A stretch of DNA of 64,000 nucleotides, from assembly GCA_035559435.1 (NCBI GenBank), contig DATMBC010000080.1:603-64602 (forward strand). The letters are read 5' to 3'. The stretch is from a bacterium. Its GTDB lineage: Bacteria > Zixibacteria > MSB-5A5 > WJJR01. Made by a program: the position numbers and the translations under genes. The notes under the pieces were generated by a model. That model was not told the DNA's origin, made no database searches, and worked only from the letters and a program-made list of their open reading frames with translations. Position 1 is the first letter of the stretch, and each line of letters starts with the position of its first letter. Positions 26,641-36,573 of this stretch are shown one piece after another.

Positions 26641-27531
26641 ATGGCAAAAGAGAATCTTTCCCGGTCCCAGGAACTGGCCGCCAAAGTTGCCCATGCGGCT
26701 CTTCGGATCCTGAAGGAAAAGGGTGGTCAAGCATCAGCACGAGATGTCATTGCGGAGATCGAACGAACCATGGACTTCGACCCATGGGCCAAAGAAGTTT
26801 ACGAGAAATCTGGAAATGTGCGCTGGAAGTCCGTACTGCGGTTCTTCAGTATTCCCTGCATCAAGGCGGGATTCCTGATTAAGAAGAAAGGGGTGTGGTA
26901 CATAACACCCGAAGGCGAAAAGGCCTTGGATTTGGGCCCCGCTGGATTGCTCGAAGCCGCCCGAAAGGCATATCGGAACTGGCGACAGGAGAATCAGCCG
27001 CTCGACGAAGACGAATCCACGGCGGGTGGCGATGTCGAGCAGGAAGCCACAATACATGAGATCGAGCAATTGGCCATCGAGGGACTGAAGAAGCAGATCT
27101 CTCTGAAGAATCCCTATGAATTCCAGGAATTGGTGGCAGGGCTTTTGCGTGGGATGGGGTACTACACTCCATTTGTCGCACCGCAGGGCAAAGATGGCGG
27201 TATCGATGTAATCGCCTATCGCGATCCCTTGGGATCCGCATCTCCGCGAATCAAGGTTCAAATCAAGCATCGCGAATCACCGGCATCTGTTCAGGAAGTG
27301 CGGCAATTGATGGGCCTCCTTCAGAAAGACGGAGACGTTGGGATGTTTGTATCATCGGGAGGATTCACTCCCGATGCCAAGTTTACAGCACGCGGGGCCC
27401 TCGTCCATGTCGAGTTGATTGACCTTGACCGCTTCATTGCGCTATGGCAGGAGTTTTATCCCAAAATGACAGACGAAGACAGATCGCTCTTGCCGCTCGT
27501 CCCAATCTACTTCTACGCGCCACCGGTTTGA
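26641..27531 (+). CDS. mrr: Mrr-family type IV (modification-dependent) restriction endonuclease
   Basis: N-terminal winged-helix region, then catalytic core GKDGGIDVIAY...KVQIKH...GMFVSSGGFT. AT-richer than its flanks. Confidence 0.8.
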   Translation: MAKENLSRSQELAAKVAHAALRILKEKGGQASARDVIAEIERTMDFDPWAKEVYEKSGNVRWKSVLRFFSIPCIKAGFLIKKKGVWYITPEGEKALDLGPAGLLEAARKAYRNWRQENQPLDEDESTAGGDVEQEATIHEIEQLAIEGLKKQISLKNPYEFQELVAGLLRGMGYYTPFVAPQGKDGGIDVIAYRDPLGSASPRIKVQIKHRESPASVQEVRQLMGLLQKDGDVGMFVSSGGFTPDAKFTARGALVHVELIDLDRFIALWQEFYPKMTDEDRSLLPLVPIYFYAPPV

Positions 27532-27584
27532 GTGCGCAAGTCAATTCATTGTGTGCTTCAGCGCCGTCGCGTTGTGGATCTTTG

Positions 27585-27800
27585 CTACAATATGTCCGTC
27601 CACACCGGCGGAGCGACCCTCGGCCGTTCGGAAGTGCAGCCGGTGGAGATGCTGTCCGCTTCGCCAATATCGCCGGTGATGAGCACCCTGTCGAAGCGAC
27701 GGGCGGCGACACTCTCCAGGAAGGCGCGGACATCGGGTCCCTGCAGGAAACTCAGGTGAATGTCGGTCAGCCAGCCGATGCGGGGGGATGATGTGTCCAC
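27585..27800 (-). pseudogene. Metallophosphoesterase, N-terminal remnant
   Basis: IGWLTDIHLSF...DRVLITGDIGE are the first two calcineurin-like motifs. The GNHD/GH motifs are absent, and the ORF ends beside the mrr 3' end. Confidence 0.4.
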
Positions 27801-27822
27801 ATGCGGCTCGGGCGGCGGGCCG

Positions 27823-28584
27823 TTATGATTTCAGCCGCGCGACAAAGAACACGTAGGGGTAGTAGTCGGCGTATCTGCGGTGCATGTCCGCCTCGGCGGC
27901 GAGGTTGTCCAGCGCGCGCTGCGCCTCGCTGTCGCCGGCGTAGCGGCGGCGGCGTTCGGCGATCAATGCTTCCATCGGGGTGTAGAAATCGTCCCACCAG
28001 GCGCTGGCCGGCAGAGTGAAGCGCCCCCGCAGTTCGAACCCGGCGTCGGCGATGACCGGCAGCAACTGGTCCACCGTGCGCATGGTGTCGTATTCGGCGA
28101 AGGCCGCGCGCACCTCCTCCGGCGGATTCTCCCGGCCCCAGACCGCATCGGAGAAGGCGATGTGCCCGCGCGGACGCAGCAGTTCGCGGCCGATCCGCAG
28201 CGCGCTTTCGATCCCGATGTTGAAGAAAGCGCCTTCGGACCAGACCAGATCGAAGCTGTGCGGCGGCACATCGAGTTGAAGCATGTCGCCGACCCGCGCA
28301 TCAATGCGATCGCTCAGGCCGCGATCGGCCACTGTCTGCCGCAGCCGCTCGACAAAGGGGACATGCTTGTCGATCGCGAGGATTGTGCCCTGTGTCAATT
28401 CGGCCAGGTCCAGGGTCTGCCCGCCGACACCGCAACCCAGATCGACGATGCGCGGGCGGGGCGGCAGATCGGCGCAGAGCGCCAACGCGCGGGCCGTGCA
28501 GGCGCGGCTGCCCACACCCTGACGAGGCAGCGATTCGAAAATCTCGAAGAAGATGTCCCAGAAGCGCGGTGTCTGTTCATGCAT
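27823..28584 (-). CDS. Class I SAM-dependent methyltransferase
   Basis: Motif I is IVDLGCGVGGQT. Confidence 0.8.
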   Translation of the reverse strand: MHEQTPRFWDIFFEIFESLPRQGVGSRACTARALALCADLPPRPRIVDLGCGVGGQTLDLAELTQGTILAIDKHVPFVERLRQTVADRGLSDRIDARVGDMLQLDVPPHSFDLVWSEGAFFNIGIESALRIGRELLRPRGHIAFSDAVWGRENPPEEVRAAFAEYDTMRTVDQLLPVIADAGFELRGRFTLPASAWWDDFYTPMEALIAERRRRYAGDSEAQRALDNLAAEADMHRRYADYYPYVFFVARLKS

Positions 28585-28639
28585 GGCGGCTCTCCCGCAG
28601 CTGTGGCGCTGCGTTCATTGCGTGTGCGACGTGCGTGAA

Positions 28640-28658
28640 GGGCGTATGCAATACGCCC
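28640..28658. repeat. Short perfect hairpin (REP-like)
   Basis: GGGCGTAT gca ATACGCCC. Confidence 0.4.
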
Positions 28659-28779
28659 CTACGTACGACTCACAGGAAGGAGGTATCCATCGCTGCTCCC
28701 GGATTGCGGCGATTGATTGTCATCGAGACGATCAGTCCATCCGCGCATCCCGCTTTGGGACCTCCGGCACATTGCGTGG

Positions 28780-29724
28780 TCATGCCGGCGATTTTCTGCC
28801 GTGCACATCGGTGCTCAGATACTTCAGACCGGAATCGCACATCAACGTGACGATGGTCGCAGTTGGTCCGAGACGTTCGGCCAGACCGATGGCGGCGGCC
28901 ACATTGGCGCCGGAGGATGTCCCGGCGAAGAGGCCCTCCTCGCGCGCCAGACGTCGCGCCATCGCCTTGGCATCCTCGGTGCGCACCGCGATCACTTCGT
29001 CGACCAATTGCGGATCCCATAGCGGCGGGATGTAGCCGATGCCGACACCCTCGATTTTGTGCGGACCCGGTTGCCCGCCGGAAAGCACCGGCGATTCGGC
29101 CGGTTCGACCGCGATGATCCGCACCTGGGGATTGTGCCGCTTGAGCGCGGCGCCGACACCGCGCAGCGAGGCGGCGGTGCCGACACTCTGGATGAAGGCG
29201 TCGACTTTCCCTCCGGTCTGCTCCCAGATCTCCTCGCCAAGCGCGTGGTAGCCGCCGATGCTGTCGGCGTTGCTGAGTTGATTGGTCCAGAAGGTGTTGG
29301 GCGCTCGGCTCAACTCCCGCGCGGTCTCGATCATCTCAAGGATCAGCTTCTTGGTGGTCAGGCCGCCTTCGCTGGGGACCATGACCAGTTCGGCGCCGAG
29401 GGCCTCCATGTGAAGCAGCTTGTCGCGGCTGAAGGCATCGGACGTGACGATCCGAATGCGGTACCCTTTGGCCAGGGCGATCAACGAAAGCGAGATGCCG
29501 GTGCTGCCGCCGGTGTACTCGATGATGGTGTCCCCCGGCTTGAGGCGTCCGTCGGCCTCGGCGCGGGCGATCATCGCCCGGGCGGCCCGGTCCTTCATGC
29601 AGCCAGTCGGGTTTTCCCATTCGAGTTTGACACAGATGCCGGCGCCGTCTTTGGGCGCCAGCTGACCCAGCCGCACCATGCTGGTCCGGCCGATGGCGGC
29701 GAGGATGTTGGCGCCGATGGACAT
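28780..29724 (-). CDS. PLP-dependent cysteine synthase family protein (CysK/CysM/CBS-like)
   Basis: ENPTGCMKDRAA (PLP Lys) and GGSTGISL, 314 aa. The 336 aa upstream in the 650-aa track ORF is antisense to the next gene and was rejected. Confidence 0.85.
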   Translation of the reverse strand: MSIGANILAAIGRTSMVRLGQLAPKDGAGICVKLEWENPTGCMKDRAARAMIARAEADGRLKPGDTIIEYTGGSTGISLSLIALAKGYRIRIVTSDAFSRDKLLHMEALGAELVMVPSEGGLTTKKLILEMIETARELSRAPNTFWTNQLSNADSIGGYHALGEEIWEQTGGKVDAFIQSVGTAASLRGVGAALKRHNPQVRIIAVEPAESPVLSGGQPGPHKIEGVGIGYIPPLWDPQLVDEVIAVRTEDAKAMARRLAREEGLFAGTSSGANVAAAIGLAERLGPTATIVTLMCDSGLKYLSTDVHGRKSPA

Positions 29725-29874
29725 GGCGGAAATCTCCCGGTGGACACTGCCCTGCGCGAATAAAGAACATCCCCGGTCCGAAGTCACCCGATTCCGGTTT
29801 TTTCGCCCGTCGGAAAAAAACCGCGCAACGCGCGCGCGCCCGACGCATATTAGAAGCAAAAGAGGAGGAAAATT

Positions 29875-30723
29875 ATGCCAATTGCCGAAGACGCCACCGC
29901 GATCAAGGAACGCGAGCACAAGTCGTGGACGTTTGTCGCGCCGGGATGGCGCAAGCATGATGCCCGACTGGTGGAAATCACGACGCCGGTCACCGAGCGG
30001 ATGCTCGAACTGGCCCGGATCAAAGGCGGGCAGCACATTCTCGATCTGGCCTGCGGCACTGGCGAGCCGGCGCTGGCGGCGGCCGGCCGGATCGACGGCG
30101 GACGCGTCGTGGCGCTCGACTTTGTTGAGGAGATGCTCGATTTCGCGCGCGAGAAGGCGGCGGCGCGCAGGTTGACCAACATCGAGTTCCAGCGCACCGA
30201 CGCCGAGGCGTTGCGTTTTGCCAATGACAGTTTCGATGCGGTCACCATGCGGTTCGGCCTGATGTTTCTGCCCGATCCACTCGCGTGCGCGCAGAAGGCG
30301 TACCGAGTGCTGAAGCCGGGTGGGCGCTTTGTCGCCGCCTGCTGGGCCGACCCAAAGGACAACCGCTGGGCGAGCATGCCGATGCGGATCATCCGTCGCG
30401 AACTGAATCTCGAAACCCCGCCGCCGGGCAGCCCGGGGCTGTTTGCCTTTGCCGACAGGTCGCGTTTCGAGTCGGTCCTGCATGAGGCCGGGTTCCACCA
30501 TGTCAGCGTCGAACCGATCACATTGCGCATGGCCGACTTCGACACGCCCGCCGAGTATTTCACCTTCACCCGCGAGCTGGCCGGGCCGATCGCGATCCTC
30601 TTTTCGCAGTTGCCGCCGGACCGTCAGGCGGCGGTGCGCGACGAAATTGAGCGCGAGGCCGCCGGCCCCGATGGCCGGGTGCGCATCGACGGCATCACCT
30701 GGGTGGCGCACGGGGAGAAGTAG
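29875..30723 (+). CDS. Class I SAM-dependent methyltransferase
   Basis: ILDLACGTGEP. AAGAGGAGGA lies before the ATG. Confidence 0.8.
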   Translation: MPIAEDATAIKEREHKSWTFVAPGWRKHDARLVEITTPVTERMLELARIKGGQHILDLACGTGEPALAAAGRIDGGRVVALDFVEEMLDFAREKAAARRLTNIEFQRTDAEALRFANDSFDAVTMRFGLMFLPDPLACAQKAYRVLKPGGRFVAACWADPKDNRWASMPMRIIRRELNLETPPPGSPGLFAFADRSRFESVLHEAGFHHVSVEPITLRMADFDTPAEYFTFTRELAGPIAILFSQLPPDRQAAVRDEIEREAAGPDGRVRIDGITWVAHGEK

Positions 30724-30785
30724 GACGGACAATCAGACCTTGGCACGACCGCCCCGATTCGTTCCACGGATCGGGGCGGTCTGCT

Positions 30786-31466
30786 TCAGCGGCGTCCGCC
30801 GAGGGCCGCGCGCGCGGCGCGGAACACGGCATCGAGCATCGCCGCGGTGAGCAGGCCGGTCGAGGTGTTGCGCTGGCTGGGGTGGTATGAGCCGATCAGG
30901 GTGTAGGGCCCGACGGTTGCACGGGCCGCATGCCCGAACTTCGGCAGGGGTTCATCGGCGATGCCGAGGGCGCGCAGGGCGCGGCCGACCCCATCCCAGG
31001 CGAAGGCGCCGAGGGACACAATGACCCGCAGGCGCGCGAGCAGTTGGATTTCCTCGATCAGGTAGGGCAGGCAGTTGTCGCGCTCCTCCGGTGTCGGCTT
31101 GTTGGCGGGGGGCGCGCAACGCACCACCGCGGCGATGTAGGCGTCGGTCAGACGGAGGCCATCGTCGCGATGGGTGGAGGTGGGCTGGTTGGCGAATCCG
31201 GCGCGGTGCAGCGCGCGGTAGAGCCAGTCGCCGGAGCGGTCGCCGGTAAAAATGCGACCGGTGCGGTTGCCGCCGTGGGCGGCCGGCGCCAGCCCGACAA
31301 TCAGAAGCCGCGCCCGCGGATCGCCCCACCCGGGCAGGGGACGTCCCCAGTACTCCTCCCCCGCAAACGCCGCCCGTTTGGTCCGCGCGACCTCCTCCCG
31401 CCAAGCCACCAGCCGCGCACACTTGCGGCAGTCCACAACCCGCTGTTGACAATCCGCCAGGGTCAT
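30786..31466 (-). CDS. Uracil-DNA glycosylase, family 5 (UdgB-type)
   Basis: GLAPAAHGGNRTGR is the family-5 variant of motif A. SYHPSQRN is motif B. N-terminal CxxC is present. Confidence 0.8.
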   Translation of the reverse strand: MTLADCQQRVVDCRKCARLVAWREEVARTKRAAFAGEEYWGRPLPGWGDPRARLLIVGLAPAAHGGNRTGRIFTGDRSGDWLYRALHRAGFANQPTSTHRDDGLRLTDAYIAAVVRCAPPANKPTPEERDNCLPYLIEEIQLLARLRVIVSLGAFAWDGVGRALRALGIADEPLPKFGHAARATVGPYTLIGSYHPSQRNTSTGLLTAAMLDAVFRAARAALGGRR

Positions 31467-31983
31467 GGTGCTATTCTAATGGAACGGGAGGGTCAAATCG
31501 CAGTCGAATTGCGCGGGGGACTGTAGCACCAAGCAATGTGATACGGCTGATTGTGAAACGATTCCCCCCCACTCAATCGGCCTTCGGCCGACAGCGGTCA
31601 GAGACCGCTGCCACGCCGGCCCGTTTGGCAGGAAGAAGGCCGCCATCGGTTCACTGATGGCAAACGAGTGACATTTCAACTCGTCTTGCGGCTCCGAAGA
31701 GCCCATACCAACGGTCCTGTGACAGCAACGATCACAAGTGTCACAACCGAAATGCCGGGCCCCGGTCTACAGATCATTTCACCATCGGGAAGGAAGTAGA
31801 CTATGTGCAGTGATCTTCCCAGTAGGTAGGCACCGACAACCAACAAGGCCCCGCAAGAGAGAGTCAGTGATTGTTTCCAGTTCAAGTAAATCCCTTTCCC
31901 AGATGAATGGCTTATACTGCTCCCCATTTAACCTGACCGCGGTCTAAGAGAGTAAATTGGGGCTGGCCGGAAGGAGGTCAGCC

Positions 31984-32262
31984 ATGAAAAGGCGGCAGTG
32001 GACATCGGCGCAGAAGGCCCGGATCGTGCTGGAGGGACTGAAAGGGCGTCCGGTGTCGGAGCTGTGCACCGAACATCAGATCAGCCAAGCGCAGTACTAT
32101 CAGTGGCGGGACGCGTTCCTGGCGAATGCGGCCAAGGCATTCGAGGTGAACAAGCAGACGGCGCGCGAGGAGCGATTGTCCAGGGAGAATGCGCGTCTGA
32201 AGCGTCTGGTGGCCGATCAGGCATTGGAGTTAAAAAAACTCGAGGAAGAGGAGTTCGCATGA
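31984..32262 (+). CDS. IS3-family transposase OrfA (HTH)
   Basis: WTSAQKARIVLEGLKGRPVSELC...YYQWRD plus a leucine zipper. The A7 slippery run at 32232-32238 is in the X XXY YYZ register. Confidence 0.85.
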   Translation: MKRRQWTSAQKARIVLEGLKGRPVSELCTEHQISQAQYYQWRDAFLANAAKAFEVNKQTAREERLSRENARLKRLVADQALELKKLEEEEFA

Positions 32263-33020
32263 GGCGGGCCTCATCCTCGGTGGTCATCCGCAATGAGGCC
32301 ATTGTCAGCCGGATCCGGGAGTTGAAGGCGGATCATCCGTTCTGGGGATATCGGCGGGTGTGGGCGACATTGCGATTCACCGACAAGATCATGATCACGC
32401 CGAAGCGCGTGTTGCGGCTGATGGGATTGCATCAGTTGCTGGTGACAGCGGAGACGGCGCACAAGGCCACCCGCACCACGCGTCCTAAACCGCGGGCGAC
32501 GGCGCCGCTGCAGTGGTGGGGCATCGACATGACCAAGGTGATGACTCAAGCAGGATGGGCGTATGTGGTCATCGTTCTGGACTGGTTTGACAAGCGGATC
32601 GTCGGGCACTATGTCGGGGATCAAGCCAAGACTGAACACTGGCTGTCCGCCTTGGACTTGGCCGTCAACCGGGAGTTCCCGGCAGGGATCGAAGGGCATT
32701 GCCTGCATCTCATGTCCGACAACGGATCGCAGCCGACCTCGGTGCGGTTCATGCAGGCCTGCGGTCAGCTCGGTATTCAGCAGGCCTTCACCAGCTACAA
32801 CAACCCGAAGGGGAACGCCGACACCGAGCGGATGATGCGCACGCTGAAGGAAGAGTTATTCTGGCTGCGGGAATGGGCGAGTCCGGCCGAGGTCGCCAAG
32901 GCGCTGGATGCGTGGATTCCCGGCTACCACGAAACGTATCGGCACTCGACTTTGGGATACAAAACACCGAACGAATTCAAACGGGAGCACAGCCCCAAGA
33001 CTCAGTTGCAGGCCGCTTGA
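32259..33020 (+). CDS. IS3-family transposase OrfB (DDE/rve)
   Basis: WGIDMT...SDNGSQ...NADTER gives a D, D, E triad spacing. It is in the -1 frame relative to orfA, with an ATGA overlap. Confidence 0.85.
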   Translation: MRRASSSVVIRNEAIVSRIRELKADHPFWGYRRVWATLRFTDKIMITPKRVLRLMGLHQLLVTAETAHKATRTTRPKPRATAPLQWWGIDMTKVMTQAGWAYVVIVLDWFDKRIVGHYVGDQAKTEHWLSALDLAVNREFPAGIEGHCLHLMSDNGSQPTSVRFMQACGQLGIQQAFTSYNNPKGNADTERMMRTLKEELFWLREWASPAEVAKALDAWIPGYHETYRHSTLGYKTPNEFKREHSPKTQLQAA

Positions 33021-33226
33021 TTAAAGGGGAGCAGTACAGGCTGGCCCAAAGGCGGTTTCGCGAAGCGAAATATCCGCACCAACATCTCATACGTCTGATT
33101 GTGAAATGCGCTCGGTGCTGTTGACCGCTTTTCGACCAACAGCGCTCGGAGACTTCTGCTGCGCCTGGCACGGTCGAGGGTGTCTTTTCAAGCGGAGATG
33201 AATGGCACACACGGACTGCGCGATGA

Positions 33227-33276
33227 AAGTACGCCCAGGAGGATTTGAACCCCCAACCTTCTGATCCGTAGTCAGA
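33227..33276 (-). repeat. Partial tRNA-Arg copy (distal att-like repeat)
   Basis: 50 nt identical to 38480-38529, which is the 3' 47 nt of the tRNA plus 3 nt. Confidence 0.85.
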
Positions 33277-33611
33277 AGGTTGAGTTTTCAATATGGCCGT
33301 TGTGACACAACGAGTTACAGCGACAGATCCCGATTAAATTGTTCAAGTCAGAAGGTCTTCCATGACGACCCTCGCTGAGTGACCCTCCTCCTTACGGGCC
33401 GTGTGATATGGCCCAAGTACATTCAATTGGCTAGCACGAGGACGGTCAATCGAAAAACCTCAGTTGTATCTGAGGTCGGGTTTTTGTCACAACCTCGTCC
33501 GGCTGAGGATTCAGGCGCCCTTTAGAGTTGAATTCGCCACAGAGAAGCACTTTTGTAACTATGAATACCTTGTCCCTGCGGCTGTCCAACCTCTTCGAGG
33601 AGTCAATTGCC

Positions 33612-36479
33612 ATGGGCTTCAACCAGAGACCTCGTGTATTCGCCGGGTCGTTAATCCTCGCGTTGTCGATTCTGTCAGCATCGCCTTTAAGCAGCAAAGC
33701 CGACGAGCTAGAAAGAACGGCGAGCAGAGGTTGTTTCGTTGAATCTTCCACACCCTCCTCTTGTTATTGTGTGGAAAACCAATTTGCCGTTGGAACGTAT
33801 GACGCAGCGATCGGATATCTGCTCTTCCCAATATCCTCATTGATCCCTCAAGGATCGACAATCAACAGCGCGACACTCTCGCTTTGGTGTACCATCGATC
33901 AGAATGCTGGTACCCTAATGGTTGGAAGATGTGAAAATGACCCGTGGGACGAGGGCACTTCTTGCCCTACTTGGAATGATCGTCCCGGTTTCGAGCTTCC
34001 ACCTCAACCGTCGACGGTCGAGATCAACGGAAACAACAAGTGGTACTACATCGACGTTACCGCCATTGCCGAGCAGTGGTTTACGTACGGGGTGTCTCAC
34101 AGAGGCTTCTACCTGGAAATGAGTTCCGGTCATGCCTTGTTCGCTTCTGATGATTACACCGTCGATCCGGCAAAGTACCCCAAAATAACAATCAACTACA
34201 CCTTGGGCCCCTGCCCCGCTGGAGGGAGAGTAACCGACGCGTTGGGCAATGGCGTCCACAATGTCAACATGCATTTCACGCGCATAAGTGGTTCTGGAAC
34301 GACTCCGACAGACGTTTCATCAGACGTTCAAGGTTATTGGTCGCAAAGCGATTTCAAAAGTACCGCCACCTACCGTGTAACCCCAAGTAAATCAGAGTGC
34401 GGGGCTTGGACATTCAGTCCAACAAGTAGGGATTTTGATTGCGAAAGTGGCGATAGGATGAGTCTGGATTTCGTGGCGACGCCGCCAACAGTCGGCATTC
34501 CGACTGGTGTCACTGCCATTCCGGGGCCGGAGATGGGAGAAATCACTCTAAGCTGGAATCATGTCTGCGGAGCCCTGACATACGTCATCAGGTATGACGA
34601 TGATCTGATTGACCCATGGGATCCGTTGCCGGACGGCAATCCCGGCTCGGGAGAAGACATAGGTTACGTTAACTCAGTCATAATATCTGGGCTTGGTCAA
34701 GGAAAGCAGTACCGGCTCGTCGTTGCAGCGGCCAACACTCAGGGCTTGGGTGCGTATTCACCCCAAGTAATTCAGAACCCTCGTGCACCAGTCATCGTCG
34801 GCCTTCATCCGCCATTTGCCGGAGCAACTTATTCAAACGACGTTACTGAATTCGAGCACATCGGAGATGCGTCCGTAGGAGCTGTTCCGTCCGACCTTGA
34901 TCCAACTTCAGGTGGGATACATCAACGCAGTGGCATCGTCCTGATGGGAGTGGCTGGTACGGTCTTCCAATCGAAAGATGCCGTTTCATTCGATATCGTC
35001 GTGCCCAATTCAGGCGAGTACAAAATCACAATACGTGGGCATGTTTCGGGAGGCATTCTTGCAGCAGGACACGAGATGGTCTACTTGCCCCTTATTGGGC
35101 TTGTGGGTATCTACGACATAAAGCATGCGGTGTGGATTATCGGCACGGTTGAGAATGGAGGAACAGACGTCTTCGAAGTTTGGAATACTCTTCCCGAGGG
35201 ACTAACGAGCGGAATTCGCGAACTCAGTGCTGCAGGTGCAGAGGCATTGTTTAATGTCTACTGCACGGGCGTAACCGGCGGTGTTTGCGGGGTCGCAGAT
35301 TTGGTGCTTACAGTGAACGAAATATACGATGTTTGGCAGACTGTCACCGACTTTGCTACCGCACTTGCTGGTTTCGACGAGGACGTGACACTTGAAGTTG
35401 TCGCAGACTTGGAAGGAGGGGTTCCAAGTAGCCTTGAACTTTACTCGCTCTGCGTCGCGGCCGGTGGTGTCAGCGGTGCGTATGCTGCTAGCTTCACTGA
35501 CGTGACTTTCATTGCCGATAGCGTTATTGTCGAGCAACAAACTGGGAGCATCGGGCCAGTAATGTCTGTATCTCCTTCCGGCCAAGCGTTGCTCCCGGCT
35601 ACAACGGTCGGGACAGTTACTGACTACCCCAGCGTGTTCACGATATCTAACTTAGGTGATCAAGCCCTGATCGGGCAAGTCTCAATCAGTACTGGGCCCT
35701 TTGCCTTGACATCACCTTTGAATTACAACATCCCTCCCGGCGGTTCTGCCGTCGTTGACGTCAAATTTTCGCCTGGCAAGGACACTACTTACACCGCCAC
35801 GGTTCAATTCAGCGGGGGACAAGGGGCGAATCGCACACTTCGCTGCACGGCGATTGACCCGGCGCCCTCGATCGCCATCTATCCTGACTCGGCGCGTTTT
35901 GACTCTGTCGATGTCGGACAGCAGATCACGTTTTCCGCGTTTTCAGTTACCAACACCGGGGGGGGAACTCTCGTTGGAACGGTTTCTGTCGCTCCGCCGT
36001 TTAGCGTTTCAGGAGACGGTTCTTATTCACTCACCCACGGTCAAACGAAGGTTATTGACCTGACTTTCTCTCCTTCTATGGAAGGTATGTTTGTCTCGAC
36101 CGTGAGTTTTACCGGCGCCGACGGAGCATCGCGTGTTGCCCAAGGTTATGCCGAGGACAACACTTCAGATGTTCGTGAGGTTGGTGCTGGGCAGGTCCCA
36201 AGGGAGTATTCACTTTCGCAGAATTACCCAAATCCATTCAACGCCGGAACTCAGATTCAATTCTCTCACCCAGCCGATGAGCATGTTACCCTTATGATCT
36301 ACGACGTCCTCGGACGAGAAGTCGCCAGATTGGCTGATCTGCACTTAAGTGCCGGCGTGTGGAGCGTGAACTGGGATGGCACTGACGCCAACGATCAGAT
36401 TTTGGGCTCAGGAGTTTACTTTTATCGGATCATCGCCGGTCGTTATGAGCAAACCAGAAAGATGGTCATTCTGAAGTGA
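33612..36479 (+). CDS. Secreted multidomain surface protein with a T9SS-type C-terminal sorting domain
   Basis: Signal peptide, a DNRLRE-like module (CENDPWDEGTSCPTWNDRP), FN3, two Ig-like repeats, and a C-terminal NYPNPFNAGTQIQF...GVYFYRI sorting domain. Lower GC than the backbone. Confidence 0.8.
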   Translation: MGFNQRPRVFAGSLILALSILSASPLSSKADELERTASRGCFVESSTPSSCYCVENQFAVGTYDAAIGYLLFPISSLIPQGSTINSATLSLWCTIDQNAGTLMVGRCENDPWDEGTSCPTWNDRPGFELPPQPSTVEINGNNKWYYIDVTAIAEQWFTYGVSHRGFYLEMSSGHALFASDDYTVDPAKYPKITINYTLGPCPAGGRVTDALGNGVHNVNMHFTRISGSGTTPTDVSSDVQGYWSQSDFKSTATYRVTPSKSECGAWTFSPTSRDFDCESGDRMSLDFVATPPTVGIPTGVTAIPGPEMGEITLSWNHVCGALTYVIRYDDDLIDPWDPLPDGNPGSGEDIGYVNSVIISGLGQGKQYRLVVAAANTQGLGAYSPQVIQNPRAPVIVGLHPPFAGATYSNDVTEFEHIGDASVGAVPSDLDPTSGGIHQRSGIVLMGVAGTVFQSKDAVSFDIVVPNSGEYKITIRGHVSGGILAAGHEMVYLPLIGLVGIYDIKHAVWIIGTVENGGTDVFEVWNTLPEGLTSGIRELSAAGAEALFNVYCTGVTGGVCGVADLVLTVNEIYDVWQTVTDFATALAGFDEDVTLEVVADLEGGVPSSLELYSLCVAAGGVSGAYAASFTDVTFIADSVIVEQQTGSIGPVMSVSPSGQALLPATTVGTVTDYPSVFTISNLGDQALIGQVSISTGPFALTSPLNYNIPPGGSAVVDVKFSPGKDTTYTATVQFSGGQGANRTLRCTAIDPAPSIAIYPDSARFDSVDVGQQITFSAFSVTNTGGGTLVGTVSVAPPFSVSGDGSYSLTHGQTKVIDLTFSPSMEGMFVSTVSFTGADGASRVAQGYAEDNTSDVREVGAGQVPREYSLSQNYPNPFNAGTQIQFSHPADEHVTLMIYDVLGREVARLADLHLSAGVWSVNWDGTDANDQILGSGVYFYRIIAGRYEQTRKMVILK

Positions 36480-36526
36480 CTCTCCCAATAGTTGAGCAAG
36501 TCAATAAACTGCAGTCCACAAGAACC

Positions 36527-36554
36527 AAGCGGCAGGCGAGGATCCGCCTGCCGC
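36527..36554. terminator. Convergent-gene hairpin
   Basis: AGCGGCAGGCG aggatc CGCCTGCCGCT, with no clear T-run. Confidence 0.35.
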
Positions 36555-36573
36555 TACTCGTAGTCCAATGAAC

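Larger units (their letters stand above)
31913..33038 (+). mobile_element. IS3-family insertion sequence, apparently intact
   Basis: IRL TATACTGCTCCCCATTTAA, IRR (reverse complement) TGTACTGCTCCCCTTTAA. Flanking 4-bp direct repeat GGCT (31909-31912 and 33039-33042). orfA and orfB lie in the 0 and -1 frames. Confidence 0.8.

Noticed and set aside
29725-30732. The N-terminal 336 aa of the 650-aa track ORF 28780-30732.
   Set aside because: Cysteine-synthase homology starts at MSIGANIL (ATG 29724). The upstream extension is antisense to the well-supported methyltransferase 29875-30723 and has a shadow-like composition.
31676-31927. An 83-aa membrane ORF taken at face value.
   Set aside because: Its first 5 codons lie inside the IS left inverted repeat. 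It is more likely the 3' part of a gene split by the IS (see the IS finding), and the gene itself is only hypothetical.
31546-33107. A shared 12-mer, ctgattgtgaaa, at about 31546 and about 33096, considered as a possible second att pair around the first IS.
   Set aside because: It is too short, and the IS already has its own GGCT duplication. No further flanking identity is present.
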